Counted from the first letter of the whole stretch, positions 35,181 to 47,435 are shown. The stretch is DNA of 63,272 bases, filler included, from Rhabdomonas costata (GCA_019059605.1; 44 parts of 44 records of this genome joined end to end with filler, not necessarily neighbours in it); one strand, 5' to 3'. The notes: generated by a model not told the origin, from the letters alone. Numbers and translations: made by a program.

Positions 35181-36472
35181 CCGAAATGAAAACCTGCTGG
35201 GAGAGGACCAACACTCAGTGTGCACCTCTTTTTTTACGAGACCCCATAGAGCGCATAGCTTTTCGAATTATATCCCCCCCCCCCATGAGCGGCTACATAT
35301 CGCTGTTCTGAGCGGATATCTCAAGCCAAGCCAATTCAGGCCGGCTGCTTCTGGTTCGGGACTCTTCCCCTCTTAACTGCTAGACCCGATTTGAACCCTT
35401 GACAAGGAAAGTTCTGGATTGGGACATCGATTTAGATAAAGAAAAGACGCGCTCATCACCCGTACGAGCAGCTGATTTTCAAAGGAGTTCAAAGGAGCAC
35501 TTTCTTTGTTATCTGGGCGTGCGGGGATGCGGCGTGCTGGTGGGGGTGGACGCGCTGTGCTGCCGCGGCTTCTGCCTGTGTTGGGGGCAGTGCTGTACTT
35601 TGCCTGTGCGGGGCTTACCTTGAGAGCCATGCTGACCCACCAGGCACCTTTCACCACCAGCACCACCCCGCGCTTGCTCTGGCGCCCTAAACGACGAGGA
35701 TTGGGAGGGGGGTGCAAAGATATACGGCTGTTGGCTCAGATCTCAGAGTTACTTTCTGTGCCTTTCCTGGGCACTAGCAAGGGTTTGTTGCCCATCCGCA
35801 GTCATCGGTCTTTTTTCTCGCTGCATTGAATAACCTGTTTAACGCCCATTATAGTGTTTCTGATCTACAACTGCGATGATAACGATGTATCGCATTCTTC
35901 CGTTTCNNNNNNNNNNNNNNNNNNNNNNNNNNNNNNNNNNNNNNNNNNNNTTAATTAATTAANNNNNNNNNNNNNNNNNNNNNNNNNNNNNNNNNNNNNN
36001 NNNNNNCACAGCCATGTTTTTAGGTACAAAGATGGCAAAAAAGGGGGGGAGGGGCGTTCTGTCCCTTCTGACTAGGGAAAACCTCTAAAATTCAGCCTTT
36101 TATCACTTTCCGGAAGAGTTATACGTCCTGTTTTGTGGTGAAAAATGTGCAAAACGGTAGGCCTCCGTCATACAACAGAATGACATTAATACGAGTCAGA
36201 GTAGCTCACCTGAGGTACTGTCGGAGCGCTTTTTAGGGTTAAAATGGACCTTCTGGAGCCCATTCCTCTAATGGGCTTTTCCGGGCCGGACCAGGTCTTT
36301 CTGGCTAAAATCGGGCCTTCAGAGGTGCTCCAGCACACCTTTTGTGCCAAAATAATGCCTTTGTAGGCGGTTGGCACGGAGCCATGCGACGCCGCAGGCA
36401 AACACCCGAAATGCGCCCAAAATGCACCCCGAAACCCCTTAAAAACAGCCAATTCCAGCCTTCCACCCCAAA

Positions 36473-36642
36473 TACAACGTTTTGCAAAACATATTGAACA
36501 CCCCCCTTTCACCCCAATACGTCAATGTTGAAAATTCGTCCCGGCAACAATGAACTCCCTATGACAAACTACCGATATGCCCCAACATTGACCATGACTG
36601 GGGGAGAGGGGGGGTGTTCAATCCAGTTTTGCAAAACGTTGT
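36473..36642. repeat. Imperfect inverted repeat, ~60-bp arms with ~50-bp spacer (MITE-like)
   Basis: acaacgttttgcaaaac..attgaacacccccc..gtcaatgttg is mirrored by caacattgac..ggggggtgttcaat..gttttgcaaaacgttgt. Confidence 0.75.
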
Positions 36643-37626
36643 CTTGATTTTTATTTTTCGAAAAAGGTGATTTTTAAGCAGCACACGCACAATAAATTGA
36701 CTTAGCGGCACTAATTCTTGAGTTTTTCGAGAAAGGGGTGGCTTTCGACTGCATACGGGCCATTTTTAACGACGTTCATACCGCACGAAAAGCGCCTTTC
36801 TCTCAAAACTGCCACAAAAGGCTGGGTCAACCAAACAACAAGTAATTCTGCACCGATGGAACGGAAAAACACAGGAAAACGTGTGCGCTGCAAGACAATA
36901 CACAACCGTTCAACATCAAAAACAGTCTAATTCTGTCCACGAACGGCCGAGTGGCGGGGTGCCAGGGGTTTTTTCCATCTCAGAATGCTGTATTAAACTG
37001 CCGTTTCACATCAAACAGCAATGATAACCAAAGTCAATGCTCGCTTACCAGCGGACTCTCCAGAAAAACAGCAGAAAAACAGGACAGTTTGCCCTCAATG
37101 TCGAAGTACTGAGTCCAAAAGGCCCCCAACAAGCTTTTTTGTAGCCATAAAATAGGATTAAACCGAATAAGAAACTCACACGGGCACAAAAAATAACTTG
37201 CTTTGTATTCATTCATATAGATCTTAATTTTTGGTCCTTGATGACAGCGAATCGTACATGAATCACTCATGGTGTCATCATGAGAGATTCATGTGAGATT
37301 CGCTGTCATCAAGGACCAAAAATCATCTCCCTGTGAAAACAGGATGGATCACAACAAANNNNNNNNNNNNNNNNNNNNNNNNNNNNNNNNNNNNNNNNNN
37401 NNTTAATTAATTAANNNNNNNNNNNNNNNNNNNNNNNNNNNNNNNNNNNNNNNNNNNNTGGGTGTGTGTATGCCAATTGTTTTGGGATTTGGGATCCGAG
37501 AGCCCGCCCTTCGTGACAAGAGAGCGTGGCATTTGCCATATGCCACGCTCTCTTGTCACGAAGGGCGGGCTCTCGGATCCCAAAACCCAAAACAATTGGC
37601 ATACACATGGCCACAGACATACATAC

Positions 37627-38776
37627 CGATTAGATAGGAGGTCAGAGCGGTGAGATAGTACGGCGGGAAGCTGCGGTGCTTGATGAACGCGGCGGTCTGC
37701 TGGAAACCCACCGTCTTGGTCTGAAGCCCGGACTGCTCCAGGGGGTTGGCAAGCTCGCTCTGCAGGAACCACTGCATCACCGGGGACTCCACTGCACCGG
37801 CCTCCTGAGTAGCGACAAGAAACAGCTCATACCTTTCTCACGGTGAGAACATCTGCGACACGTTCTCCACCTCTCAGCAGGCGTCCATATTTTTGGGGGG
37901 TCCATCAAGTTTTTGAGCAAAGGTAGAACGAACGAAGCGGGTTCTGATTATTGGAGAGCAAGGCCTCCCAAGCGCTTCGGGTGTCCGCCAAACATCGGGG
38001 GTGTTGTCCCCCTCCTGATGCGTGTCCCAATCATACTTGCAGCCCCGTCTGACCGTGCTCAGCACCCCCGCCATTTGATTAGAATCTAAACTTGGAAGCA
38101 AGTTACGCAGCCAATAGCCAAAACCAGCGATAGCAGCCACAACGACAAATAAGCAAGAATATCAGGTTCTCCGTTGTGCTGATGTCAAAGGCAGGCAAAG
38201 GTTTGCAAAGCAAGGGCACACCGAGAATAGAAAGAAAAACGTTGTCAATGAGAATGAGGACCAACACACACAGCGCTTTATGAGGCGTGAAACAGACGGA
38301 AGGTCCCCGACCGATTGAGGCTTGCACAGACCCCTACAAAGGTGCTTTCTGCGCTGGGCTCTACGCAGGGATCATCAAAGAGATGCCTGTAGAGGGGCCG
38401 ACAGCACACGCACAGAGAGACACAATGGATTGTGTGGAAGGATTGGCATCCCATCGCGGAGTTGACCAGGGGAAGTTTTTATCTGATGGTCCAGCGTGTT
38501 CTACCGCCTCGCAGCTGGCGGCGTGCGTGAGCCCGTATTTCCCGCATTTCCCCCGGATTTCACGCCGTGCACGCACAGACAGACACACACACACAAGAAC
38601 AAACCGGCTCGTCAGGGTCACTGAGCTGCACTCGACACAGGGGCTGCTTCAGGGCCACCAAGGTACGCAACGCCTGCACTCTCACCGTGCCGTTGGGAGA
38701 GCGCAGGCAGCACCCAAGACCCTCGAACACGGTTTGCTGCTGCGCCTCATCGAGCTCCAAGGGGCCTCCCTTCTTC
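37627..38776 (-). CDS. UTP20: UTP20-like HEAT-repeat protein (SSU processome); exons 38605..38776 and 37627..37804
   Basis: VFEGLGCCLRSPNGTVRVQALRTL...EP|EAGAVESPVMQWFLQSELANP...PPYYLTALTSYLIG parallels UTP20 L..N.S.....R..TLRIL ... L.QAE..P ... YL.G. Phase-0 GT-AG join. Confidence 0.55.
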
Positions 38777-39205
38777 CTGTGAAAAGCACCCCCCCCACNN
38801 NNNNNNNNNNNNNNNNNNNNNNNNNNNNNNNNNNNNNNNNNNTTAATTAATTAANNNNNNNNNNNNNNNNNNNNNNNNNNNNNNNNNNNNNNNNNNNNGG
38901 AAAGAGACACGGCACAAAAGTTTTGCAACGGTTGGAATTTGGCAGAGAACAGACAGTTTTACAAAAAGCATCGCGAGGTCTGGGTGGAATGGCAAGAACG
39001 GCACTCAGAGAGTGCTGAAGCGGGAAAGTGAATGGGCACAAGGAGCAATGTGTGCTGAAAACGATTGAGTAAAAACCATTGATGAATTAGAGAGGAGAAT
39101 CGGGTAAATGGGGAAGAGAACGAGAAGTGGAAGAGAGCAGGAATTGATTATTGAGATTGCATTAATGAATTGCTGTTGTCATTTTCTTTAAATGAAAAAA
39201 CAAAG

Positions 39206-40235
39206 GTGGAAAACCCCGCCGACTCCAGCGCCATTGTAGGACTGGCCTACAACCCCCACAACAAGACCTTCATCACGGCATCTGGCTCCACGGTTTGTTG
39301 CCTTGCGCTTGCGGGGGCGTTAGCTGCAAAGGGGTGAAAGGGGTCGCGCTCATGGTGCTATCATCGGGAACAAGAATGGCAGAAGGACGGAGACATGATA
39401 ACCCAACCCTGAGGCATAACTTACCCATGACAACTACCGCAGTCTTCCCACATCCGCAGCGTTACGGCCCTGTTGGCACCCGTGTAAGGCGGATTACACC
39501 GCGTTGCTTGCTTCTTCACGTAACGAAAAATACACCGAGCAAGCGAGTGCTTTCAATCCTCCCGAACTTTTTTATCCCTTTTTTATCCTCATGGTGGAGC
39601 GAGTGCCTTTTTATTTGCAAAACAGGGCTGCAAGGAAATGCATACCCCGGATTTGCAAAACTCCTAGTTACTGAAGTAACCCGTCTGTTTCTACGCCATT
39701 GCTCCTTCAACTGTGGGTGTGTGCATGTGGGTGATGTAATTGGCAGGTTCGTGTTTGGAACGCGATCACCGGCGAGCTTTCCACTTCATTCGATAAATTG
39801 GTGTGAACTTTTTCACCACGCGCAAACGCGCAAGTACGCACACTCTCATTTACGCGCTTATTTTTTGCTCATGTCAGCTGGTTGCACTTCCGGTTACCTG
39901 AATTCCTTTTGTACCCAAACCACTTTGGGGGCCCGGCACAAACGAAGGTGTGCAGGCCCACTGCGGTGTCAGCATCAATTACTTCTGGGCTCTGCCCGTA
40001 AGTATGCTTAGCAGCTCCAGCTTGGGCTCAGGTCCCAGGGGGTTTGTATGTGGGAAGTCACCCAGCCAGCGGTTGAAGATTTGAGCTGAAGTTAGTTTTG
40101 CCTACCCCCACCCCTACCCCACCATTTCTGGGATGATGTCTCCCTTCTTCTTCTTTTTTTTGGGGGGGGGGGTAAGGTTTTATCCCAATGCCCTCTCTCG
40201 CCAGACGGATACGGACATCACGGCCTTCTGCGTAG
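39206..40235 (+). CDS. WD40-repeat protein; exons 39206..39292, 39747..39800, 40205..40235
   Basis: Spliced: VENPADSSAIVGLAYNPHNKTFITASGST|VRVWNAITGELSTSFDKL|TDTDITAFCV. All joins are phase-0 GT-AG. Confidence 0.8.
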
Positions 40236-40474
40236 NNNNNNNNNNNNNNNNNNNNNNNNNNNNNNNNNNNNNNNNNNNNTTAATTAATTAANNNNNNNNN
40301 NNNNNNNNNNNNNNNNNNNNNNNNNNNNNNNNNNNCCTCATTCTCAAGAGTAGCAGCATACAATTCTTAAGATTTCCAGGAAGTACGTATTTGACGTATT
40401 TGAGCCACATGGCTCAGAGAATCTGTGCATTTGGTCTGAGCTGAGAATTTATCAGCGAAACCAAAACCTCACAC

Positions 40475-41165
40475 CAGAATTCATTGAGGTTCTGATGAAC
40501 CGCTCAATGCCGCGGCTGAGGTTGTGGTCTATTCGTATTGCAACTTCAAAAAGATATAAAGCTATGATTAAAGAAACGGCCACCACATCCACCGCGAGCA
40601 TACTGCCGGAGCTGGCCGCAACCTGTGAGCAAAAGAAATCCCAACCATCATTCAAGAACAGCTATTCGTTTTCGTTTTCATGAATGTGCAGAGCACCGAT
40701 AGATTGCCCAATTCCCATTCAAGGTTCAAGGTTCAGTTTTTTGGTATTTCGCTGCGCACAACATACAGTCCCAATCACGACATACCGAAGCAAAAGATTC
40801 GCAGTGGTGAGCAAGCGCAGCAGATGCCCACTGCTCACCAGATAACGGCAAAAAGCAAGTAGTAATGGGATGGAAAGAAAGAAAAGCGAGTGACTGGCTA
40901 CGAGCTCAATGGTGCAACCACAAAATGACGCAACTGATCCTTTCATTTCTGATGACAAAATCCTTCCATCGGTGCACCGCAGAAGCCAAGCAGAGGGTCA
41001 CAGCTGCATATGTCGGGTTTGCAAGAGAGGTGCGTGAGTGCGCGAGTGAGCGGTAAAGGATTCATGCCGAAGTGAAGGAGGCTCCCCCCGCGCCGGGCGG
41101 CGGTGGGGGTGGCAGCTGGTTGTTTACCAGCATATCGAGCAGCAGCTCAACGTCAGCAAGAGGAC
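40475..41165 (-). CDS. Membrane protein of unknown family; exons 41068..41165 and 40475..40622 joined by a GC-AG intron
   Basis: PLADVELLLDMLVNNQLPPPPPPGAGGASFTS|VAASSGSMLAVDVVAVSLIIALYLFEVAIRID..., containing one TM helix. Confidence 0.45.
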
Positions 41166-41775
41166 CTACAACCGATGGAACCCCAAACTCCACCACACCC
41201 CAACCAAACCCACACACTTGAAGGATGGCAAGAGGCAGAATATCAAGAAAGAAATCACACACAACTACCAGGAAAGGGAGAAACAGAAATCCATCCTAGC
41301 AGGCGACGAGGCACAACTGCCAATCGCTAATAACACCAGAAAAAATAACACAAGCGCAACTGTCCGTCGTTTGGGTGTCATCTCATTCAGCAACGCATTT
41401 GACACACAGAGTCTCCGCTCAAGTGATGGGCTGACATTGGCACTCTGACGAGTCGTCTCGGCCCAAACAGTTGGGTCAACCAGCACCACATTTCTGGGAG
41501 GCACACAAGATCGGAGCTAAAAGTCCACAGCCGACATTCTATATTATTACCTGGTTTCCCTGTGGCAAACTGAAATTGGGCAAACGGCGTTCAGTGTTCT
41601 GCGGGATATGGCGTATACCAAATGAAGCTATACCCTATAACGATGGCATGTCGTTTTACACCCCCCACCCCCCCCNNNNNNNNNNNNNNNNNNNNNNNNN
41701 NNNNNNNNNNNNNNNNNNNTTAATTAATTAANNNNNNNNNNNNNNNNNNNNNNNNNNNNNNNNNNNNNNNNNNNN

Positions 41776-42465
41776 GTTTGTGGGGAGGTGAGGTTGGTGG
41801 TGGCCGGTGGGGACGGGACGGTGAGCTGGGTGCTCTCCGCCATTCGCGAGGAGCTCCACGGCGAGGAGTCCCACGAGGTGTCTCGTTGCTTTGTGTTGGC
41901 GAAGTGAGCAGACGTGTCTACGGAAACGGAGAGCAAGGTGATAAGGAGAAAATAGGGCATTTCAATGGTGATAGTCACGCTCTATGCTTTGCCTTCACCG
42001 ACGGAAAAAATGGGAGAGTTATCCGATCGGGGGGGAAGATATTACTTAGGGAAGCCGAATGTGAATGTAGGGTCCTGGTGCGCAACTGAAGAGGTATGAA
42101 TTACATTTTGGTGAGCTTCGGTTAAGTTTTCTTCCGAAGGGGGTCGCGGTAGGACCCCACACCTTGGCGGCCGAAAGATCGCATCTGTGCGTGCTCGCCC
42201 GTCCACTTCACAGCCGCATCGGCTCCGGCTGGCCCTGTTGAATCGACCTCAGGAGGCTGTCCGGCTCCCCAGTTTGTGCCTTGTTTCCCCCTTCCCCTCA
42301 CTTCTTCGAGGGGGCCTTTTGTTTACAGGCCTTTCCCGTAGCGGTGTTTCCCCTGGGCACGGGTAACGACCTAGCCCGGGTACTGGGTTGGGGTTGCAGC
42401 TGCGGAGCGTCGCCAGAGGCCATGCTCGGGAGGGTACAGAAGGCCGTGCCCACCGTGCTGGACAG
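41776..42465 (+). CDS. DGK: Diacylglycerol kinase catalytic domain; exons 41776..41877 and 42329..42465
   Basis: LVVAGGDGTVSWVL and PVAVFPLGTGNDLARVLGWG...VLDR, the diagnostic DGK motifs. GT-AG intron at 41878..42328. Confidence 0.93.
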
Positions 42466-43215
42466 GTCTCCCTCTGGCAAATGTTTTCCTGCGGGGGCAA
42501 CTTCATTGGAGCTCGAAGAAGAAGCATCGCCATCCCCCGCAGCGATTATCCTTTTTTTTTACAAAGCTTCGTCCAATCTGCCATCGGCTTTCTGTCTGCC
42601 CCCTGCCGAGCAGCGCCCTACACGCGCAGCATCTCATCGGGTCGTGTTCCCGTGCGTTTATGCTTGGTGGTCCGCTGTTGGACGAAGGTGCCCAATCCGA
42701 TGAAAGGTCCAGCAGGAATTTTACGTCCACTGATTGTGACACAATGGATGTTGGATTGGCTGGCATCCCTCTCCCCTGGATTTTAACCATTATCCAGTGG
42801 GACATTGACTTGTCAGTATCCGCGATATTGACCGAAAGTCGAACTGAATATTTTCAATATCTCGGCGGACACCAGAGCCCACTCTCTCATGGGACAACCT
42901 TACTCACACCACCCCAAGGCGCACAACCCAAAACAAACGAGCAGTGGAGAAACCAAAATAGCGACCCATTTTATTCCCAGAATTAACAAAAAAGCCGTTC
43001 ACAGGTATTCGTGGAATAAAAAAGAAGAGCCTTGCCTTACAACCCGCTGTCTTCGGGATTCTGAGTGACTTCGAGTACAAACGAAGGGCCAAGGAAACGA
43101 AAGGGCCACAAAACCNNNNNNNNNNNNNNNNNNNNNNNNNNNNNNNNNNNNNNNNNNNNTTAATTAATTAANNNNNNNNNNNNNNNNNNNNNNNNNNNNN
43201 NNNNNNNNNNNNNNN

Positions 43216-44205
43216 TTTTTGGGTTGAGGTTGAGGGTTAGGGTGTTGGGGTTGGAGCTGAGGGTTCAAAGATGAGGGTGTTAGGGTTGGGGCTGACCATG
43301 GTGTACCGTTGGGCTCAGGATTGCGCCTCTAGGGATAGGATGTTACGCCTGGGGCTTAGAGAAGGGGCGTTAGAATTTGGGGCTCAGAGCATCAGAGCAA
43401 GCATGTTAAGATTCTGGACCAGAATAAGGGTGAGAGGGTAGGGACTCAGGCTAAGTGTGCTTGGGTCTCAAGCTTAAGGTGCTAAGGTTGGGGTTCAGGG
43501 TCAGGGCGTTAGAGCTGGGGCTCAGGGTTAAGTTGTTAGTGTTAGGGCTCAGGGTTAGTGTGATAGGGCACCTGCTATACAGCTGAGGCTGGGGATTTTC
43601 GTGAATATTCAGCAAATGAAATGGCGCTTAAGGCGCCAAGTGCGTTCGCGCTTAAGTTGAACCCGTTGGCTCCCCTCCTCTTTTACTCTTCTCTCCCTCG
43701 CCCCACATCCTGCCCTCCCCATCCCTTCCCTCTATATATTATAAACTATTTTTTTTAGGTTAGGCGACCACGGCACGGTATGAAAAACGACCATCCACAA
43801 AATCTGGACTCTCCGCGGCTCAGCATTCATAGATGTGGTTTGGTGTGGTAATGTTAGGGCTCAGGGTTAGTGTTAGGGTTAATGCTACGGTGTTCGGGCT
43901 CAGAGTAATGGTGTTCGGGTTGGGGCTCAGCATTGCGGCTCAGGGTAAGGGTGTTAGGCTTGGGGCTCAGGGTTGGGAGACAGGTGCAGCGGTGTTAGGG
44001 TCGGGACTCTGAGTTAAGATGCTAAGATCGGGGTCCCAACCCCGAACCCCAATCCCCAAGAACATAACCCTACGCTTCAGCTCAGACAAACTCAACCTGT
44101 GCACCAAACCTTACCGCGATCTCCCGACCCTGAAGCCCAACACCAACACCCTAACCCTCTTCTCCCTTCCCTGGGCCCGAACTCTGATCATCTGCCCAAA
44201 CACCA
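43216..44205. repeat. Degenerate telomere-like minisatellite (GTTAGGG / GGGGCTCAGGGTTA units), G-rich blocks then an inverted C-rich block
   Basis: G-rich blocks at 43216..43568 and 43838..44030. C-rich block (e.g. aacaccctaaccct) at 44031..44205. Confidence 0.75.
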
Positions 44206-44395
44206 TAAAAGCAATGTTCATACGGTCAGGGTCACTGTTTCCCGGGATGTTTAATCTCTTTAAAAAAAATCCTATAGAGGTGGTTAAGGTAGGGGGACTT
44301 TCGGTGCTGCGCGGAAAGCCGAGTTTTCGATATGATCAGCGCGTCGAACCACGACCGGCCACCTCTCGGTCATTTTATCGATTTGGCGAGCATGC

Positions 44396-44491
44396 CTTGT
44401 CTTGGGAGACCATCTCCAGGCCTTCGCCGTATTTCGCGGGGTTCGCCACCTTCACCGTGATCTTGTTCAGGTCCTCCTTCAGCTTCCGCGC
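44396..44491 (-). CDS. Internal exon of unknown protein, GC donor
   Basis: 96-nt phase-0 exon ARKLKEDLNKITVKVANPAKYGEGLEMVSQDK bounded by AG and AAG|GCATGC; GC3-rich. Confidence 0.55.
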
Positions 44492-44759
44492 CTATTCCCC
44501 CACCCCGCTTCCCTAGCACCAAACACCCACACTCACACCAACGCACACCCATCTANNNNNNNNNNNNNNNNNNNNNNNNNNNNNNNNNNNNNNNNNNNNT
44601 TAATTAATTAANNNNNNNNNNNNNNNNNNNNNNNNNNNNNNNNNNNNNNNNNNNNTGAATGTGTGTTGCAGCCGTCGCACTGCCTTCGCCCAGTTAATGG
44701 TTGTGTCTGTCGATGAACAGAATAGTGATGATATGACATTTGCGTGCACCCCCTCGTAC

Positions 44760-45995
44760 CTCGGCTCCTCAAGAAAGTAGTCAGAAAGGATGTTGATTTT
44801 CGAGTAGGTCTCCATCACTCCCGCCTTTCCCTCCTCAATCAAGCAGTACTGACCCCGAAACCTGCAGGACAGGGTAGGGTGCTCACAATTCAAAAAAGAA
44901 ACGTTACCGCCCACAGAAACAAAAATACTGACACAAACATCTCCAAGGTGACACACATACGTGGTAACCCTTTTCCGAAGGAAGGCTATCGCAATAGTGC
45001 ACGTTAAATACGTGCGGTTCTCAGCACAGACTCCAATCACACACCAGTAAACGGACACATGCATTTGGGTGCCTTATGTGGGTGCCTTATGTGCAGGCGT
45101 GCGTTCTCTGTCAGTTTTGGCAGCTATCCTCACCAACGGCAACCGTATATATTATATTGATAACAAATGGGGCAGCTTTAAGACCGTTTTGTTTTTGAGC
45201 TGCGTCGGATTGGATTGGACTCATAAAGACGACATGCACCTCCTTGCCATGCAGAATCTACCCAACCTCATCACCTCACCGCGGCAACGGTATTCTTCTG
45301 AATTTACCTGGTTTGCGAACTGCAACTACTGTACAGGGAGAGAAGTGCACCACACCGCACAGCAAACCTGACGGGAAACATATTGAAAAACTCCCGGGTG
45401 GCGTCAATGACATTGACCACCCGAAAGGGCTCCCCCCTCCGGACAGTGCACTGATAGGTCTGCAGCGCACGGAACTTGTCCTGCAAAGAGTTCCCTGCGA
45501 GCAACGAGAAGGGACCCTTAACCTCCAACCGTCAGAGAAAGAAAGAAACTTCAGCACAAGTGTAAGTGTGTCTGCTGCGCCCGCCCGCCCTTCACAGGAG
45601 CACCGAGGAAGAGGACCACCTCTTTCATAAAAAGAAATAGAAGACACAGTTTGCTTTTCAAAGACCTCGACTCGAAAATTCCTCCCCAAAAACAATACTA
45701 TAGGCAGGATTGACAACACGAAAGCGCACCCTCCGTGTTCATGAAATACTTCTTGAAGGGAAAGCTCAGCTTGTCAGTGCAGATCAGGGAGGACAATTGG
45801 GACGTCAGGGCCTTAGCTCCCCACAGTGTTCGCAGCTCCGCTAAACAAGCCACACCGATACGGGGTGAGAAATGGGAGGTATGAACCAAGGAGTCGAGAG
45901 AGCTGAATAAACAAATACAGGAAAATGCAACGCACTCACATCACTTCAGGCAGAATGTTGATGAACACTTTGTCGTAACTACTTTACCACCACAC
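44760..45995 (-). CDS. Multi-exon fragment of unknown protein; exons ~45945..45985, 45730..~45770, 45380..45494, 44760..44861
   Basis: Phase-consistent GT-AG splicing gives LSFPFKKYFMNTEG-NSLQDKFRALQTYQCTVRRGEPFRVVNVIDATREFFNM-FRGQYCLIEEGKAGVMETYSKINILSDYFLEEPR. Confidence 0.6.
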
Positions 45996-46486
45996 NNNNN
46001 NNNNNNNNNNNNNNNNNNNNNNNNNNNNNNNNNNNNNNNTTAATTAATTAANNNNNNNNNNNNNNNNNNNNNNNNNNNNNNNNNNNNNNNNNNNNGGTGT
46101 TGGTGTAGAAAACAATAGGAGGACATTCAGGTCCCAATCCAGGGTTGGCACGTTCTATTTAAATTTTTTTCCGTTTTTTCCATAATTTGCAACTTTTTTA
46201 TTCGTTCGTTATTCGTTCCATTTTTTGTGGAAAGAAAACTGTTCGGGTTGTCCAACTTCTTTTGTTGGTCGGGGGATGTGTTTGCATAATGCGCCCTGCT
46301 GGTCCTCATCGGCTGCCCAACAAACTACTTAGCATAGTTGGGGTGATCGCAAAGAACAGGAACAACTATTTCGGACCTCAAACGGCATCAGAGAACACAC
46401 CTGCTAAATAAAACATGAATTTAGCAAATTTTTTAAGCTGCTCCCTTCCTTCCTTCCTTCCTCACCACGCACATGGCACAAGAAAC

Positions 46487-47435
46487 CTCAAAGCCCCGAG
46501 GTCGAAGTTCCTCTGGAACGCTGCTTCCTCGCCCATAGTGCCCCTCTAGACTTGCTACAATCTGACAGCTTATTGAGCTGCTTCCTGCAGACTCCTTCAC
46601 CGCCGCAATGTATTGTTGCACCGAGGGCATGCAAGGCTCCCAGCACACGGTCCCAAGCAAGGCACCCTTTCGCTGAAGCTCAGCCAAGTTTTCCAGGAAG
46701 TTGTACTCGCTCACTCCGTCCACAACAGTGCCCCTCTCCGTGGAGAGGCCCACACACATAAGCCACAGATTTTTTGGCTTCTGTGTTGCAAAATAAAAAA
46801 GTGTTGCAATTTGTAATTAATTTCATCCTGTAACGTCGTGAGGTGGACCAAATAAAAGTGTTGGAGTTCATTTGCACGCATGTTAATGCCCTTGACCCGG
46901 ACGGAACCAGAGATCTGGTTCCAAAACCACTCCAACACACCATTAGCCACCCCGAAAAAAAAAGTAAAAATTCGCTGAAGTTTAAAAAGCGTAAGAAATG
47001 CACCGCCACAAATACACCTTTGTACAATGCCGGTTCACACTGGCTTTCAGCACTTCAGGGGGTGATTTCCATACAATTGAAATTGCGCCAAACTATAATA
47101 TTGTGGGGGGGGAGGGGGTCACAAGTCCAAGAAGGCACCTGAGTCATGGTCTTGACAGCGAGGAAGCATAGATACTCCTCTAGAAAGGTTCCCATTGCTT
47201 CCTCGTCACCCTTGGTGATGGAATCCACCCCACCGTCAACAAGAATAATTGTGTCCACTGTAAACCGTTCCACCAGATAATCAAGGCTGCCTGCCAACTG
47301 GCGCACGTGGGTGGCGTTGGAAACAGGAAGGGCAAACACTGGAGTATCCTGGCCGTGTTTTTGAGACAAAAAGCGGCTTAAATGAAACTCAGGAAAATAA
47401 TTCTGAGGAAACCCTCGGAATTCTGCAAAACCACA
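46487..47435 (-). CDS. DUF1152-family protein; exons 47139..47435 and 46487..46780
   Basis: YFPEFHLSRFL...DTIILVDGGVDSITKGDEEAMGTFLEE and DGVSEYNFLENLAEL...GALLG...SSISCQIVASLEGHYG follow the DUF1152 consensus. Phase-0 GT-AG intron at 46781..47138. Confidence 0.8.

Noticed and set aside
37465-37607. Near-perfect palindrome at contig start
   Set aside because: End-anchored fold-back with a single mismatch.
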